From positions 239,565 to 303,564 of the IMG/VR virus record IMGVR_UViG_3300037042_006844: a DNA stretch of 64,000 nucleotides, one strand, 5' to 3'. Position 1 is the stretch's first letter, and every line of letters starts with the position of its first letter. This document shows positions 38,616 to 47,918 of this stretch, piece by piece. Below the pieces are notes generated by a model that did not search any database, had not been told where the DNA came from, and saw only the letters and a program-made list of their open reading frames with translations. A program made the position numbers and the translations under genes.

Positions 38616-39422
38616 TTAGGTTTTTTTGTAGAAACTTTCATCCAATTCATCATCACTAGATAATAGAGATGCTTGTTTCCACTCGCCTGTTTTTAGCAAA
38701 AATTTATGGTTTGGTGTGCATTCAACTATAAACCCGTCATCGAAAGTTAGTTTTATAGTTTGCTCATATCCGTTGATAAACAATTTATTGACGGATTTCC
38801 AGTCTCCGTTCATGTCCAACACTTTAATTGGCGTTTTAACTTCATACCACTCTCTATATTCTTGCGTTTTTTTAGACAAATCAATGCCGTTTAACTTAAA
38901 CACCTCTTCAAATGACAGGGTTCCTTTATTTGTTTTTATTTTAGTTGTTGGAACGACACAACCACTTGGCTTCACCGTGGTCAGTTTGATGCTCTCAGGC
39001 CAGCCCCTTTGCTTGCTCCATTCTTTATCAAACTTACGCAGATTGACATAGCACTTATCCAACCAATCGATTTTATTAAAAGATTGACAAATGCCAGTCA
39101 CGCCCAAGCCCAAACGCATGTTCTTGTGAACGATCTTGGTGGTCTCTTCGTGAATGAACGGTAGTGAAGCAATTGCTTTCTGCGATTTATAAAGAAGTTT
39201 CGCACACTCATTGAGTTCTTCTTCACTTTCAATATTGTTCAAATACAGTTCGCAAAGATTACAGCACTCGTAGTTGCTCAAACTAATTTCCCCACAATTA
39301 TGCACCAATACATTATTGGCAAAAAAATTGTTATTTTTGGTTACACTTATGTCATATACATCCGCATTTTCTATGACTCTAACTCTTTTAATTTTTGATT
39401 TTTTAATATTTCGATTTTCCAT
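38616..39422 (-). CDS. nrdJ: Class II RNR part 2: IntC1 (42 aa) + middle extein (112 aa) + IntN2 (114 aa)
   Basis: VYDISV..NNNFFANNVLVHN|CGEI...CNL...TTVKPSG|CVVPTT...ECTPNHKF. Confidence 0.93.
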   Translation of the reverse strand: MENRNIKKSKIKRVRVIENADVYDISVTKNNNFFANNVLVHNCGEISLSNYECCNLCELYLNNIESEEELNECAKLLYKSQKAIASLPFIHEETTKIVHKNMRLGLGVTGICQSFNKIDWLDKCYVNLRKFDKEWSKQRGWPESIKLTTVKPSGCVVPTTKIKTNKGTLSFEEVFKLNGIDLSKKTQEYREWYEVKTPIKVLDMNGDWKSVNKLFINGYEQTIKLTFDDGFIVECTPNHKFLLKTGEWKQASLLSSDDELDESFYKKT

Positions 39423-40138
39423 AATTTCAAGTCCCGATTGTAGTTTTCACTATAACACGTTATGTCATCTAACACAACAATTTTCACAGTGGGATACTCA
39501 TTTCTCAGCATGTCTATTTTGTATAACCTATTTTTGAAATAACCTTTTATTTCAACAATATAATTCCCAAGCTCCGATTCTATCCAAAAATCGGGTCTAT
39601 ACGATTCTCCGTTACGAAATTTATATTGTTTTCCTTCATACTCCCATTCTATGTTATTTTTATCCAACCATTTCGCATAAATATATTCCCATGTCGATCG
39701 TAGCCAAACAAAACGATTGTCTTTTTTTCTATAATATCCTTGTATCCCTCTGCTATTTTTTACTATATTAGTATTCGTCCAATCATACCAAGGATTTTTT
39801 TCTTTTTTTACACGATCACTTCTAAACTGTTTAGTTGATTCCAATATGATTTTATACCCTTTTCTTGTTGGAATTTTCGCCCAGTTATTTATTAAGCTTC
39901 TACAGACAGTATATGTGATTCCTATTGATGCAGCAATTGTTTTATATCCATATTTATTATATAATTCCGATAAAACCAATTTGCTGTTCTCATCAATAGG
40001 AACTCTATTACATACTTTCGTTTTTTTTCTATTGTTAATATAATTAATGATATTTAACTTTACAATTTCATCAATTATTATTACATTTTTAATATTCCAC
40101 GGTTTAGTCATATCAATATATATGAATCCGTGTGTCAT
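39371..40138 (-). CDS. Free-standing PD-(D/E)XK endonuclease between intein halves (alternative start 40111)
   Basis: RSTWE..YAKWLD...WEYE...YRPDF...VEIKG; AT-rich. Confidence 0.82.
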   Translation of the reverse strand: MTHGFIYIDMTKPWNIKNVIIIDEIVKLNIINYINNRKKTKVCNRVPIDENSKLVLSELYNKYGYKTIAASIGITYTVCRSLINNWAKIPTRKGYKIILESTKQFRSDRVKKEKNPWYDWTNTNIVKNSRGIQGYYRKKDNRFVWLRSTWEYIYAKWLDKNNIEWEYEGKQYKFRNGESYRPDFWIESELGNYIVEIKGYFKNRLYKIDMLRNEYPTVKIVVLDDITCYSENYNRDLKLWKIEILKNQKLKELES

Positions 40139-41542
40139 TTAATCAACTTTAATTAAAACATCCTCTGCCGTCAATTCACATGCTTTAATATAACCACGGG
40201 TTTCTGTATATACCAAATGATCCGGAGTCAATTTTAATATCTCTCCATCTTCCAATTCCAATTCTATAACATTCGAATCCTTTTTAGATAATTGGCCAGA
40301 TAATATCTGTTGATATTCCAGTTTTTCTTCGTCGGTGCAATAACTTAAACAATTTACAATTTCGCCATTTTCAACCAACTCAACTACAGATTTAATTGAA
40401 ATTTCACCTCTATCAGTCATTATTTTTGTATCAGCTGATAGACAGGGATTCGTTCCAACCACATTATCCATGTCGGCTGGATACAACAAACTATCTTTCA
40501 TTGGACCGTCTTTCAACCGTCCGTATTTTTGTGAAAGTGGTAGATTGAAAAATCCATAAGGTTCACCATTGGCACTACCCGTTTCGGGATTGATTTCATA
40601 CCCATTTGTCCAAAACTCATCCATTAAATGACTATAATCGTCTACATACAGCGTGTTATTACTCATACCGCGCCAATTTGGAATATTGGCGGTAGCCCAA
40701 TTTTTGGCTCGCATATACAAAATGTCGTCTGGGTCGCCCAACGCAATCTCTGCGCTGCGACGAACATTACCAGCCACAACGATGCTTCCGATAATATTGC
40801 AAATGTCCAGTGCATCGATGCTACGCAGCTTTTTACCTTCACGGCTTTGGAAAAGAGAAGTAATCTTGGTCATGCCCTCTATCAAAATTCCAGGGCCGCT
40901 TGCCTTGCCGCCAAACCCATTGATTTTCTCACCAGCACCTCTGATCAGAATGGTGGAGTAGGTGAAGCTTTTGCCAGTGACATAAAATGCGCTCAACACG
41001 TTCTCCAGCAACTTGACCCACCCCTCACGGGTATCTGGAACAATGAAGTCGGCATCTTTTGCAGCTAAATGTGTAATAACAACATCTTTTTTGATTTTTG
41101 GAAGTTCCATCACATCTTCACGGCGAATGCTGAACCCCACACCTCCGCCCAACATCAAATTTTCAAATAAAAACAAAAATGCTTTGGGTTCATTGATACT
41201 GGTAAACCAACAATTTAACAAACTATTTGCTCCGAATCTATCAACCGTGCTGGTTCCCAATTGCCAAAGCATACGCCCCGCAAAATTGCACTTCAAATTG
41301 AAAATGTAATCAAACAGTTTCTCCGCTTCGTCCTTGGTATATCCCGCGCCAATTTTCTGAGCACCGTTGATGCACCTTTCAATAGTTTCATGCCACTCTT
41401 CTGTGTTGCCGTCATCTTTCAATCGGGCGTATGTTCGTTTATAGACGATATATCCCAATCCATTGAAACCCCATTTGGGTTGTTTATTTTTATATTTACG
41501 GACGAACTCTTTTGAGAGAACAGTGTTACTATTATTATTCAT
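40139..41542 (-). CDS. nrdJ: Class II RNR part 1: N-extein (366 aa) + IntN1 (101 aa, 40142-40444)
   Basis: YKRTYAR, GRMLWQLG, LLNCW, GGGVG, NVRRSAEI, GTNP|CLSADT...LTPDHLV. Confidence 0.95.
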   Translation of the reverse strand: MNNNSNTVLSKEFVRKYKNKQPKWGFNGLGYIVYKRTYARLKDDGNTEEWHETIERCINGAQKIGAGYTKDEAEKLFDYIFNLKCNFAGRMLWQLGTSTVDRFGANSLLNCWFTSINEPKAFLFLFENLMLGGGVGFSIRREDVMELPKIKKDVVITHLAAKDADFIVPDTREGWVKLLENVLSAFYVTGKSFTYSTILIRGAGEKINGFGGKASGPGILIEGMTKITSLFQSREGKKLRSIDALDICNIIGSIVVAGNVRRSAEIALGDPDDILYMRAKNWATANIPNWRGMSNNTLYVDDYSHLMDEFWTNGYEINPETGSANGEPYGFFNLPLSQKYGRLKDGPMKDSLLYPADMDNVVGTNPCLSADTKIMTDRGEISIKSVVELVENGEIVNCLSYCTDEEKLEYQQILSGQLSKKDSNVIELELEDGEILKLTPDHLVYTETRGYIKACELTAEDVLIKVD

Positions 41543-41597
41543 ATATTTCTTTTTCGTTTAGGCAGGAGATAACTATGATCAGTTTACGTTTGATTTC

Positions 41598-41639
41598 AAA
41601 AAGAGCCAGAAAAATTGTGGAAAAATTTCTGGCTCTTTT
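41598..41639 (-). terminator. Intrinsic terminator-like hairpin after helicase
   Basis: aaaagagccagaaa / tttctggctctttt inverted repeat. Confidence 0.7.
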
Positions 41640-41661
41640 CTATATTCGCTACTATGGATTT

Positions 41662-43050
41662 TTACGACGCATCATCATCGTCGGACGAATGTGCATTCCA
41701 TTTGTTCTTCAAAACATTTTTTACTTGGTTTTCGCCGTTCATCATTTCGTTTTGCAGAGCAACACCTTCTCGGCTATTCTCGCTGTATATCTCGATATGT
41801 CCACAACCCGCGTTCATTTTGCTCGGAAACGTCAAACCGTCTGGTCCGAAACGATTCTTGATGATGTGGAATCGTGCGGTGTGATTTACTTTGTCTTGAA
41901 CTTTGCGAGACAGTGAGATTACAAAATCCGCTGTCATGATTTTACGATAGCTGTCAGCAATGTTGTTTGCTTGAATAATGTCTTCATCCATCGCAGCACG
42001 ATTGCTTTGTGATGCTGTCCAAATCGGAACTTGCAACTCACCAGCGATACTGCGCAGTTCTTCGTAAATGCCGCCAGCCTCTTGATAACTATTGCTGTTA
42101 CGATCACTATGAATGGGGCGCAGAATATCTGCGTAATCCACGACAATCATATCGATTTTGGTTCCCAACATCTGAATACGCTCGCAGTGGTTTTTAAGAC
42201 TTTGCGCGGACACCGTTTTGATCGGAAAATACTTGATTTTCAACTTACCTGGCACTTCCGCAATCTTCTTTTTAACAATATCAATGTTGTTACGAATATT
42301 CTGGAAATCGATTCCAGTGAAACACGCGTCATAGCGCAGGCCCACATAATTTTCGTTGAGTTCGAGCGTAAAATGCAAAACGTTTCTGCCTTGCTTCATT
42401 GCCTCTGCACCAATTCTGGACAACACCCAACTCTTTCCACTACCAGCACACGCTGTAACAACGCCAAGCTCGCCAGGTCCAAGACCACCGTCCATTAAAG
42501 AATCAACGACTTCCCAGTTTGTGGGAATTGAATCACGAGCCATGAGCGTCATGCGCTTGTCGATATCATCTTCATAACTGTGACCAAGGTTGCGCTCCAT
42601 ACCAGCTTTGAGAGCTTCATCAACCTTGCTCTTGATTTTCTCGTATTCACCAGTGACCAGCAAATCCATACTCTCGCTGATTGCATTTTTGAGCTTTTGA
42701 TTTTTACAAAATTCCAAAAACTGCTCTTTGATAAACGTAAGATCACCATCGTTCATTTTCATGTAAACAACTTTGAGGTTGTTGACAATACTCTGCTTCA
42801 AAACATCGTTGTTAACTTGATCAAGCTTTACTTTGAATACATTCAGTGTTGGTAGGTCTTTATAATCCGTGAAATACTGAATGCTTTCTTTCACGATCCA
42901 TTTATGCGCGTCACTTTCAAAAAAGTCCGCTTCAACAATATCTGCCAGCCGTTCAATAAATGGACGGTCTGATACCAGTCCAGATATGCATTTGATTTGG
43001 AATTCACTTCCAAACTTCTTTAGGTTATCGATTATGTGTTTTTCGTTCAT
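41662..43050 (-). CDS. Replicative helicase (DnaB / T4 gp41-like)
   Basis: AGSGKS, TLEL, VVDYAD, TASQSNR, KNRFG. Confidence 0.93.
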   Translation of the reverse strand: MNEKHIIDNLKKFGSEFQIKCISGLVSDRPFIERLADIVEADFFESDAHKWIVKESIQYFTDYKDLPTLNVFKVKLDQVNNDVLKQSIVNNLKVVYMKMNDGDLTFIKEQFLEFCKNQKLKNAISESMDLLVTGEYEKIKSKVDEALKAGMERNLGHSYEDDIDKRMTLMARDSIPTNWEVVDSLMDGGLGPGELGVVTACAGSGKSWVLSRIGAEAMKQGRNVLHFTLELNENYVGLRYDACFTGIDFQNIRNNIDIVKKKIAEVPGKLKIKYFPIKTVSAQSLKNHCERIQMLGTKIDMIVVDYADILRPIHSDRNSNSYQEAGGIYEELRSIAGELQVPIWTASQSNRAAMDEDIIQANNIADSYRKIMTADFVISLSRKVQDKVNHTARFHIIKNRFGPDGLTFPSKMNAGCGHIEIYSENSREGVALQNEMMNGENQVKNVLKNKWNAHSSDDDDAS

Positions 43051-43175
43051 TTATGTTTTTTTCGTTTTAGAGTAATTGTCGTTGATGTCATGATACACCA
43101 CAGGTGTGAGATGTTCAATCTATATGAAGCCGGAATCCTAATTTAGAGCACGAAGCTGTTTATAGTGACAAAAAA

Positions 43176-44120
43176 TTACACTATAAACGAATTAATTCTA
43201 GAATATGTCTCATTCAACCACACAGTGTAATTAGGAATATTGTTCCACATTTTATCCTCATTGATCAACTTGCTGAATGCCATTTTGTTGATACGAGGCA
43301 CTGGTTTCTGAATGATCTCTTCGATGCGTAGTTGCGTAAAACTCTGAATTTGTGTGCTTTTCAGCTGCATTAATTCATGATTACGCTCCATTGTCAGCTT
43401 ATCTGCCAACACACGCTCGTAGATTTTGTATTTCCCGTTATTGTTCTCCGCATAGTTGTAGATTTCTTGCAGATTTGTTACACGTTCTTCGGCTAGAAAT
43501 GGAAACCCTTGTAGAATTCGTTTGATCCCCGCGCCTTCGATTCCAGGAATGTTATCACTATTGTCACCTTCCATCACACGATAAAAAATGAAATTGCTGC
43601 AACTGATTCCGTATTCGTCCACGATTTCTTTGCAACCGAAAATCTTTTTCTTGGTTGGACTCCAGATTTTCACTTTATCACTGGCAAGTTGCAAAAAGTC
43701 CTTGTCAGATGACATGATGGTGACATTGCTGTCCTTGAAAGTTTGTTCTGCCAAATAAGCAATAGCATCGTCAGCCTCAATGTTGTCGATTGCCATTGTG
43801 GTCAATGGTAAAACGTCCAAATAATTGATCAGCCGCAGAAGTTCCATTCTGATGTTTTTGTGTTCGATATCAGAACTGGTCATTTCTTCATATGATCGGT
43901 TGAACCGAATTCGAGTCTTGCGACCCTTTTTGTAGTCTGGATAAATTTTGCGGCGTTTTTGCGAGCCACCGTTGCCATCAAACACAACAATAACTCGGGT
44001 TGGATTGAGCAATTTGATTGCGTATCCAACACTTTTTAGAAATCCTGCGATTCCTCCGGTGTGCAGCCCATCGTCGTTCATTGACGGAACTGCCATGAAA
44101 GATCGAATAAACGTATTCAC
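43176..44120 (-). CDS. 5'-3' exonuclease / RNase H (FEN-like), main body with GTG start
   Basis: VVFDG, YKKGR, EADD, SSDKDFLQL, GDNSDNIPG; lacks first strand/Asp. Confidence 0.9.
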   Translation of the reverse strand: MNTFIRSFMAVPSMNDDGLHTGGIAGFLKSVGYAIKLLNPTRVIVVFDGNGGSQKRRKIYPDYKKGRKTRIRFNRSYEEMTSSDIEHKNIRMELLRLINYLDVLPLTTMAIDNIEADDAIAYLAEQTFKDSNVTIMSSDKDFLQLASDKVKIWSPTKKKIFGCKEIVDEYGISCSNFIFYRVMEGDNSDNIPGIEGAGIKRILQGFPFLAEERVTNLQEIYNYAENNNGKYKIYERVLADKLTMERNHELMQLKSTQIQSFTQLRIEEIIQKPVPRINKMAFSKLINEDKMWNNIPNYTVWLNETYSRINSFIV

Positions 44121-44248
44121 TACAGTCCGTCAACCAACAGGACATCACTATTAAGTGATTTTCTTAGCCCCATTGTGACGGACTCTCCTTTCACATTTTG
44201 GAAAATTGAAAATAATTTTTTCATTTCCGTTTTACTGAATTCAGTCAT
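44120..44248 (-). CDS. 42-aa N-terminal piece of the 5'-3' exonuclease
   Basis: MTEFSKTEMKKLFSIFQNVKGESVTMGLRKSLNSDVLLVDGL*; its TAG shares one G with the downstream GTG. Confidence 0.8.
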   Translation of the reverse strand: MTEFSKTEMKKLFSIFQNVKGESVTMGLRKSLNSDVLLVDGL

Positions 44249-45152
44249 TTAGTATTCTTTCAACAAATTCTGATTTGTTTTTACAAGTTTCCCAATCGTG
44301 CTGCCATATCGCTTTGATGATATAGCCATTAGCTTCAGCAGTCAACTTTTTATTTTCGTCTCGCTCCCAAATAACTTTCACGGAGTCGTCTGATTGATAA
44401 AATCTTGGGTCTCGATGCCAATAAGTTCCATTGAACTCTATCAACATATTTTTTTGAATTACGAACACATCATACGGTTTACCACCGACAAAATGTTCAT
44501 CTTCCACAGCATACCCTTTCTGTTTCAGAATATCTATTAATTCGATCTGCCCTTTTGATTTATACACGGGCTTATGAATCCCGTGCAGCCATTGCGTTTT
44601 AGTAATAGACGAAAGTGTCTGTTTCGTTTCCGTCGAATGTCTGAATCCAAATCTTTTAGTTTTTTTAGGCTTTTTCAGTCTAGATATGTGTTCGTCGGAT
44701 AGCCGTTTTCCTTTTTGAGCAACCGAAATTTTGTTTTTTGTAGTCTCACTATGAACAAATCCAATTCGGCTATTTTGTCGGTTTCGGCGAGCTATTTCTG
44801 TTTGTGAGTTTGGTAAGCAATGCTCTATCATCAACTTTCTACTTCGCTCTTTAGCTTCTGGGTGGTCGGCGTAGTATTTTTTAATACCCACTATCATTTT
44901 TTTCCGTCTCGCATCTGAAATTTGATAGCTTTCTTTCGATCTATTTCTATGGGCGGCGTTGGATGTTCTAACCGCACTCATTTTTTTAAGAAAATCTTTT
45001 CCATACTTTCGATACATCAGATTTTTTAATTTCTCCCCGGTTTTACTACCAATGCCATTCAGCTTAAAAAGACTTTTCAAACCGCAGATTTTCTCATCTC
45101 TAATATACTGGTTATACAGCGAATCTATTAATACATCACATTCATTTTCCAT
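44241..45152 (-). CDS. Putative homing endonuclease (NUMOD3 repeats + Vsr/DUF559-like nuclease)
   Basis: HSETTKNKIS, HSTETKQTLS, YDVFV..LIEFNGTYWH. Confidence 0.83.
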   Translation of the reverse strand: MENECDVLIDSLYNQYIRDEKICGLKSLFKLNGIGSKTGEKLKNLMYRKYGKDFLKKMSAVRTSNAAHRNRSKESYQISDARRKKMIVGIKKYYADHPEAKERSRKLMIEHCLPNSQTEIARRNRQNSRIGFVHSETTKNKISVAQKGKRLSDEHISRLKKPKKTKRFGFRHSTETKQTLSSITKTQWLHGIHKPVYKSKGQIELIDILKQKGYAVEDEHFVGGKPYDVFVIQKNMLIEFNGTYWHRDPRFYQSDDSVKVIWERDENKKLTAEANGYIIKAIWQHDWETCKNKSEFVERILND

Positions 45153-45210
45153 ATATACATAACTATATGGATTCCGCCGAAAAACACCGCAGAAACGTAT
45201 TTATTTTGAG

Positions 45211-45318
45211 TCAATCGGAGTTAACGGTTTTTTGAAGTCCGCTAACTCCGATCTCTTCTTTGACGTTCTCAAACAGAGAGAACAGTCGCTTCTTCTCATT
45301 GGAAGTGAAACCACTCAT
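45211..45318 (-). pseudogene. Truncated second copy of exonuclease N-terminus (35 aa)
   Basis: MSGFTSNEKKRLFSLFENVKEEIGVSGLQKTVNSD* aligns with the 44120-44248 peptide. Confidence 0.8.
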
Positions 45319-45324
45319 GATAAT

Positions 45325-46473
45325 TTACGGCTCTTCTATTACCACCAATTCGTCGGTCGATACTTCAACATCTTCAACAATTTTGCTGTTTGGGTCTTTG
45401 TATTTCATGATCAGCGCATCGCAGATTCTCAAATAAATTTCTTCCTTGAGAACACCATCGCTTTGCAACGTCGATATGAAATCTTTTGATTGGAATTTCC
45501 ATTCAGTGCCGTCATTCTTAACGTAGGTGTAATAAGCTCCACCTTGCTTGAGGATGTTATTGTCTTTTAGGACTTTAATCCAACTGCTATAGTCCGCAAT
45601 TCCGCTATCAAAATAGATGTCGAAATTTGCAATTCGTTGTGGCGGTCCCATTCGGTTCTTCACAACCACGGCTTTGCACTCATTTCCAATGACCTCGTCA
45701 CCCTTTTTGAGTTTGCCTGCGTTGTTCAGCCGAACACGAACGCTACAATGATATGCGAGAGCTTTACCACCACTTACCACATACGGATCACTAAAAGCCA
45801 TCGCTTTGAGGTTCTGACGTAGTTGATTGGTGAATACAATAAGCACTTTCTGCTTGCCAATCATGTTGGTAATCTTACGCATCGCTTTACTGATAATGAT
45901 ACTCTTACCAGTTGCATATCCGTCTTTGCCGTGCTCGCTTTCAATTTCAGCCTTGGTTGATGCAGCTGCCACGGAGTCAACAATGATCGTAAGAATACGG
46001 TTCTTGTTGCTTTTTCTGACAATCGCGACCATACGTTCCATCTGCTCAAAAATATCTTCAACCGTTTCGCATTGAACATACAAAAGTTTCGATAGATTAA
46101 CGCCAAGACTTTTCCAGAACTCCGGTGCCGCCGAATTCTCGGTATCAATAACTACAGCGATACCGTTTTTCTGCTGTGTTTCTGCGACAACGTGAGCACT
46201 CACAAGACTTTTACCAGTTCCTTCCAAACCATTGAACTCTACCAATTTCCCCACTGGCAGTCCACCGTGCGGGCGATTGCTAATGGCGAGGTCCAGAATA
46301 GATGAACCAGTGCTGATCCAGTCCGTAACATCGGCGGGACTATCTTGTTCGTCCAACCTATACGCAATCTTTCCGCCATCTTTATTTGCTTTATTAAGCT
46401 CAGTTTGAAGCAGATCAATTAAATCGTCTTTGTTGGAATCTATCCCGCTGGTATTTGTTGATTTTTTTGCCAT
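45325..46473 (-). CDS. recA: RecA/UvsX recombinase
   Basis: ISTGS..LD, GLEGTGKS, IDTE, VDSVAA, NQLR, GGKAL, KNRMGPP. Confidence 0.95.
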   Translation of the reverse strand: MAKKSTNTSGIDSNKDDLIDLLQTELNKANKDGGKIAYRLDEQDSPADVTDWISTGSSILDLAISNRPHGGLPVGKLVEFNGLEGTGKSLVSAHVVAETQQKNGIAVVIDTENSAAPEFWKSLGVNLSKLLYVQCETVEDIFEQMERMVAIVRKSNKNRILTIIVDSVAAASTKAEIESEHGKDGYATGKSIIISKAMRKITNMIGKQKVLIVFTNQLRQNLKAMAFSDPYVVSGGKALAYHCSVRVRLNNAGKLKKGDEVIGNECKAVVVKNRMGPPQRIANFDIYFDSGIADYSSWIKVLKDNNILKQGGAYYTYVKNDGTEWKFQSKDFISTLQSDGVLKEEIYLRICDALIMKYKDPNSKIVEDVEVSTDELVVIEEP

Positions 46474-46485
46474 AACGTATATTTG

Positions 46486-46521
46486 AATAGTTGGGGGAAT
46501 TTTTAGGCTCCCCCAACTATT
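46486..46521. terminator. Strong intergenic hairpin between ssb and recA
   Basis: aatagttggggga-N10-tcccccaactatt perfect 13-bp stem. Confidence 0.7.
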
Positions 46522-46531
46522 TTATTTCTGA

Positions 46532-47380
46532 CTAGGCGTTGAATAGATCGCCAAACATTTTATCAACGTCTGATGATGCATCTGCCTTTGCTTTTGCGGC
46601 TGATGGGGATGCCGCAGGTTTTGATGCCACTGGTGGCTTGACTGCTGCCGTTGGCACCTCTGCGTCATCGTCGGTGCTGTCAGCAACAGCGACAGGAGCA
46701 CTTTCTCCTTCAACGGTTTCTGGGTTGAGCCACTTGTCCATCACATCCTTGAGTTCATCATAACTCAACTCTGGAAACAGATCCAGAATATTCGTCTGAT
46801 TCTTCAGACTCTCGACCAATGTAGGGTTCTTTGGATCGACCGCAGTAGATACATTCGGACGAGGACGAATCTTGGTTACTGGGAAGCTCTTGCCAGTATC
46901 GTCGCCAGTTGTGAATTCAACAGTAATATCACGTCCGTTCATCACGTCGGTAATATCTCCATATTCACCATCAAGAATGAGCGCACCAATTTCTTGATAC
47001 ACAGTCTTGCCGAAGCCCCAAAACTTGACTCCTTCTGTCTCTTCGCCACGAACGATGACGGGAGCAAAAGTTCTCATCTTAGGTTCCATCTTGCGACCCA
47101 TCTGCCAATCTTCCTTCGAACCCGTTTTCTTCAAACGGTTTGCAAATTCCACGATTGGATCGGGACGACCAAAACTATCTGGAGACAGATACGTCTTGCC
47201 GTTGATATTATAATGGAACTTGAGTTCGATGAAGGGATTCTCTGGATTGAACTTGTAAGGGACGATTCTTACAACTTGCTTACCAGGCTTTGGTTTCCAA
47301 ATGAGGTCTGACTTTTTGTTGCTGCCTTGATTCTGAAGGGAGTTAAGGCGACTCTTTAATTGAGCAATGTTTAATGCCAT
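46532..47380 (-). CDS. ssDNA-binding protein (T4 gp32-like)
   Basis: WKP...VRIVP, GVKFWGFGKTVY, DITD..GRD, acidic C-tail. Confidence 0.88.
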   Translation of the reverse strand: MALNIAQLKSRLNSLQNQGSNKKSDLIWKPKPGKQVVRIVPYKFNPENPFIELKFHYNINGKTYLSPDSFGRPDPIVEFANRLKKTGSKEDWQMGRKMEPKMRTFAPVIVRGEETEGVKFWGFGKTVYQEIGALILDGEYGDITDVMNGRDITVEFTTGDDTGKSFPVTKIRPRPNVSTAVDPKNPTLVESLKNQTNILDLFPELSYDELKDVMDKWLNPETVEGESAPVAVADSTDDDAEVPTAAVKPPVASKPAASPSAAKAKADASSDVDKMFGDLFNA

Positions 47381-47519
47381 AATTATGTATTGTTTGTTTT
47401 AATTATCTAACGTTTTAATTAGCCATCCAAGTTCCTCAACTCACGAGAGCAGAGACTTGTGTAACTAACTTGAGTCCAATTTACACTATAGGTCTAACTG
47501 GGTCAAGCTATAATAACTA

Positions 47520-47918
47520 TCACAGAGAAAGGATAGAGAATAATTTTAATCCGACTATTTTTACACCTGGATCGGCGACCAGAATGATGCTATTCTTATA
47601 CAGATCCCAGTTTAATTGGAAAGTTTTATCGAACACACCATTGTTCTCATCTGAAATGAGTCGATTCATGGCGTTGAGAGTATACAGTGTATTGGTGTGT
47701 TTCTTCCTATGCACACCAATCGTGTTGGGGTATTTAACCTTGCAGTCTGGATTTCTGACCACGTTGAAAGTCATATAGACCTCACGCAAATTCTTTTCGT
47801 TAACAAAGAGAAACACTCTGTTGTCGATAAGCTCATACACCTTTTTGATGTCGTTCACCGCACCAGAGTAGTTTTCACTGTTCGTGAACGTGCAAAGAAG
47901 TTGTTTTTGCGGAATCAT
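47520..47918 (-). CDS. Conserved hypothetical phage protein
   Basis: QLLCTF...HRKKHTNTLYTLNAMN. Confidence 0.7.
   Translation of the reverse strand: MIPQKQLLCTFTNSENYSGAVNDIKKVYELIDNRVFLFVNEKNLREVYMTFNVVRNPDCKVKYPNTIGVHRKKHTNTLYTLNAMNRLISDENNGVFDKTFQLNWDLYKNSIILVADPGVKIVGLKLFSILSL

Noticed and set aside
44118-44122. TAG reassignment/readthrough as explanation for the exonuclease split
   Set aside because: Readthrough meets TGA next and is out of frame with the main body; TAG terminates other genes normally (e.g. ssb).
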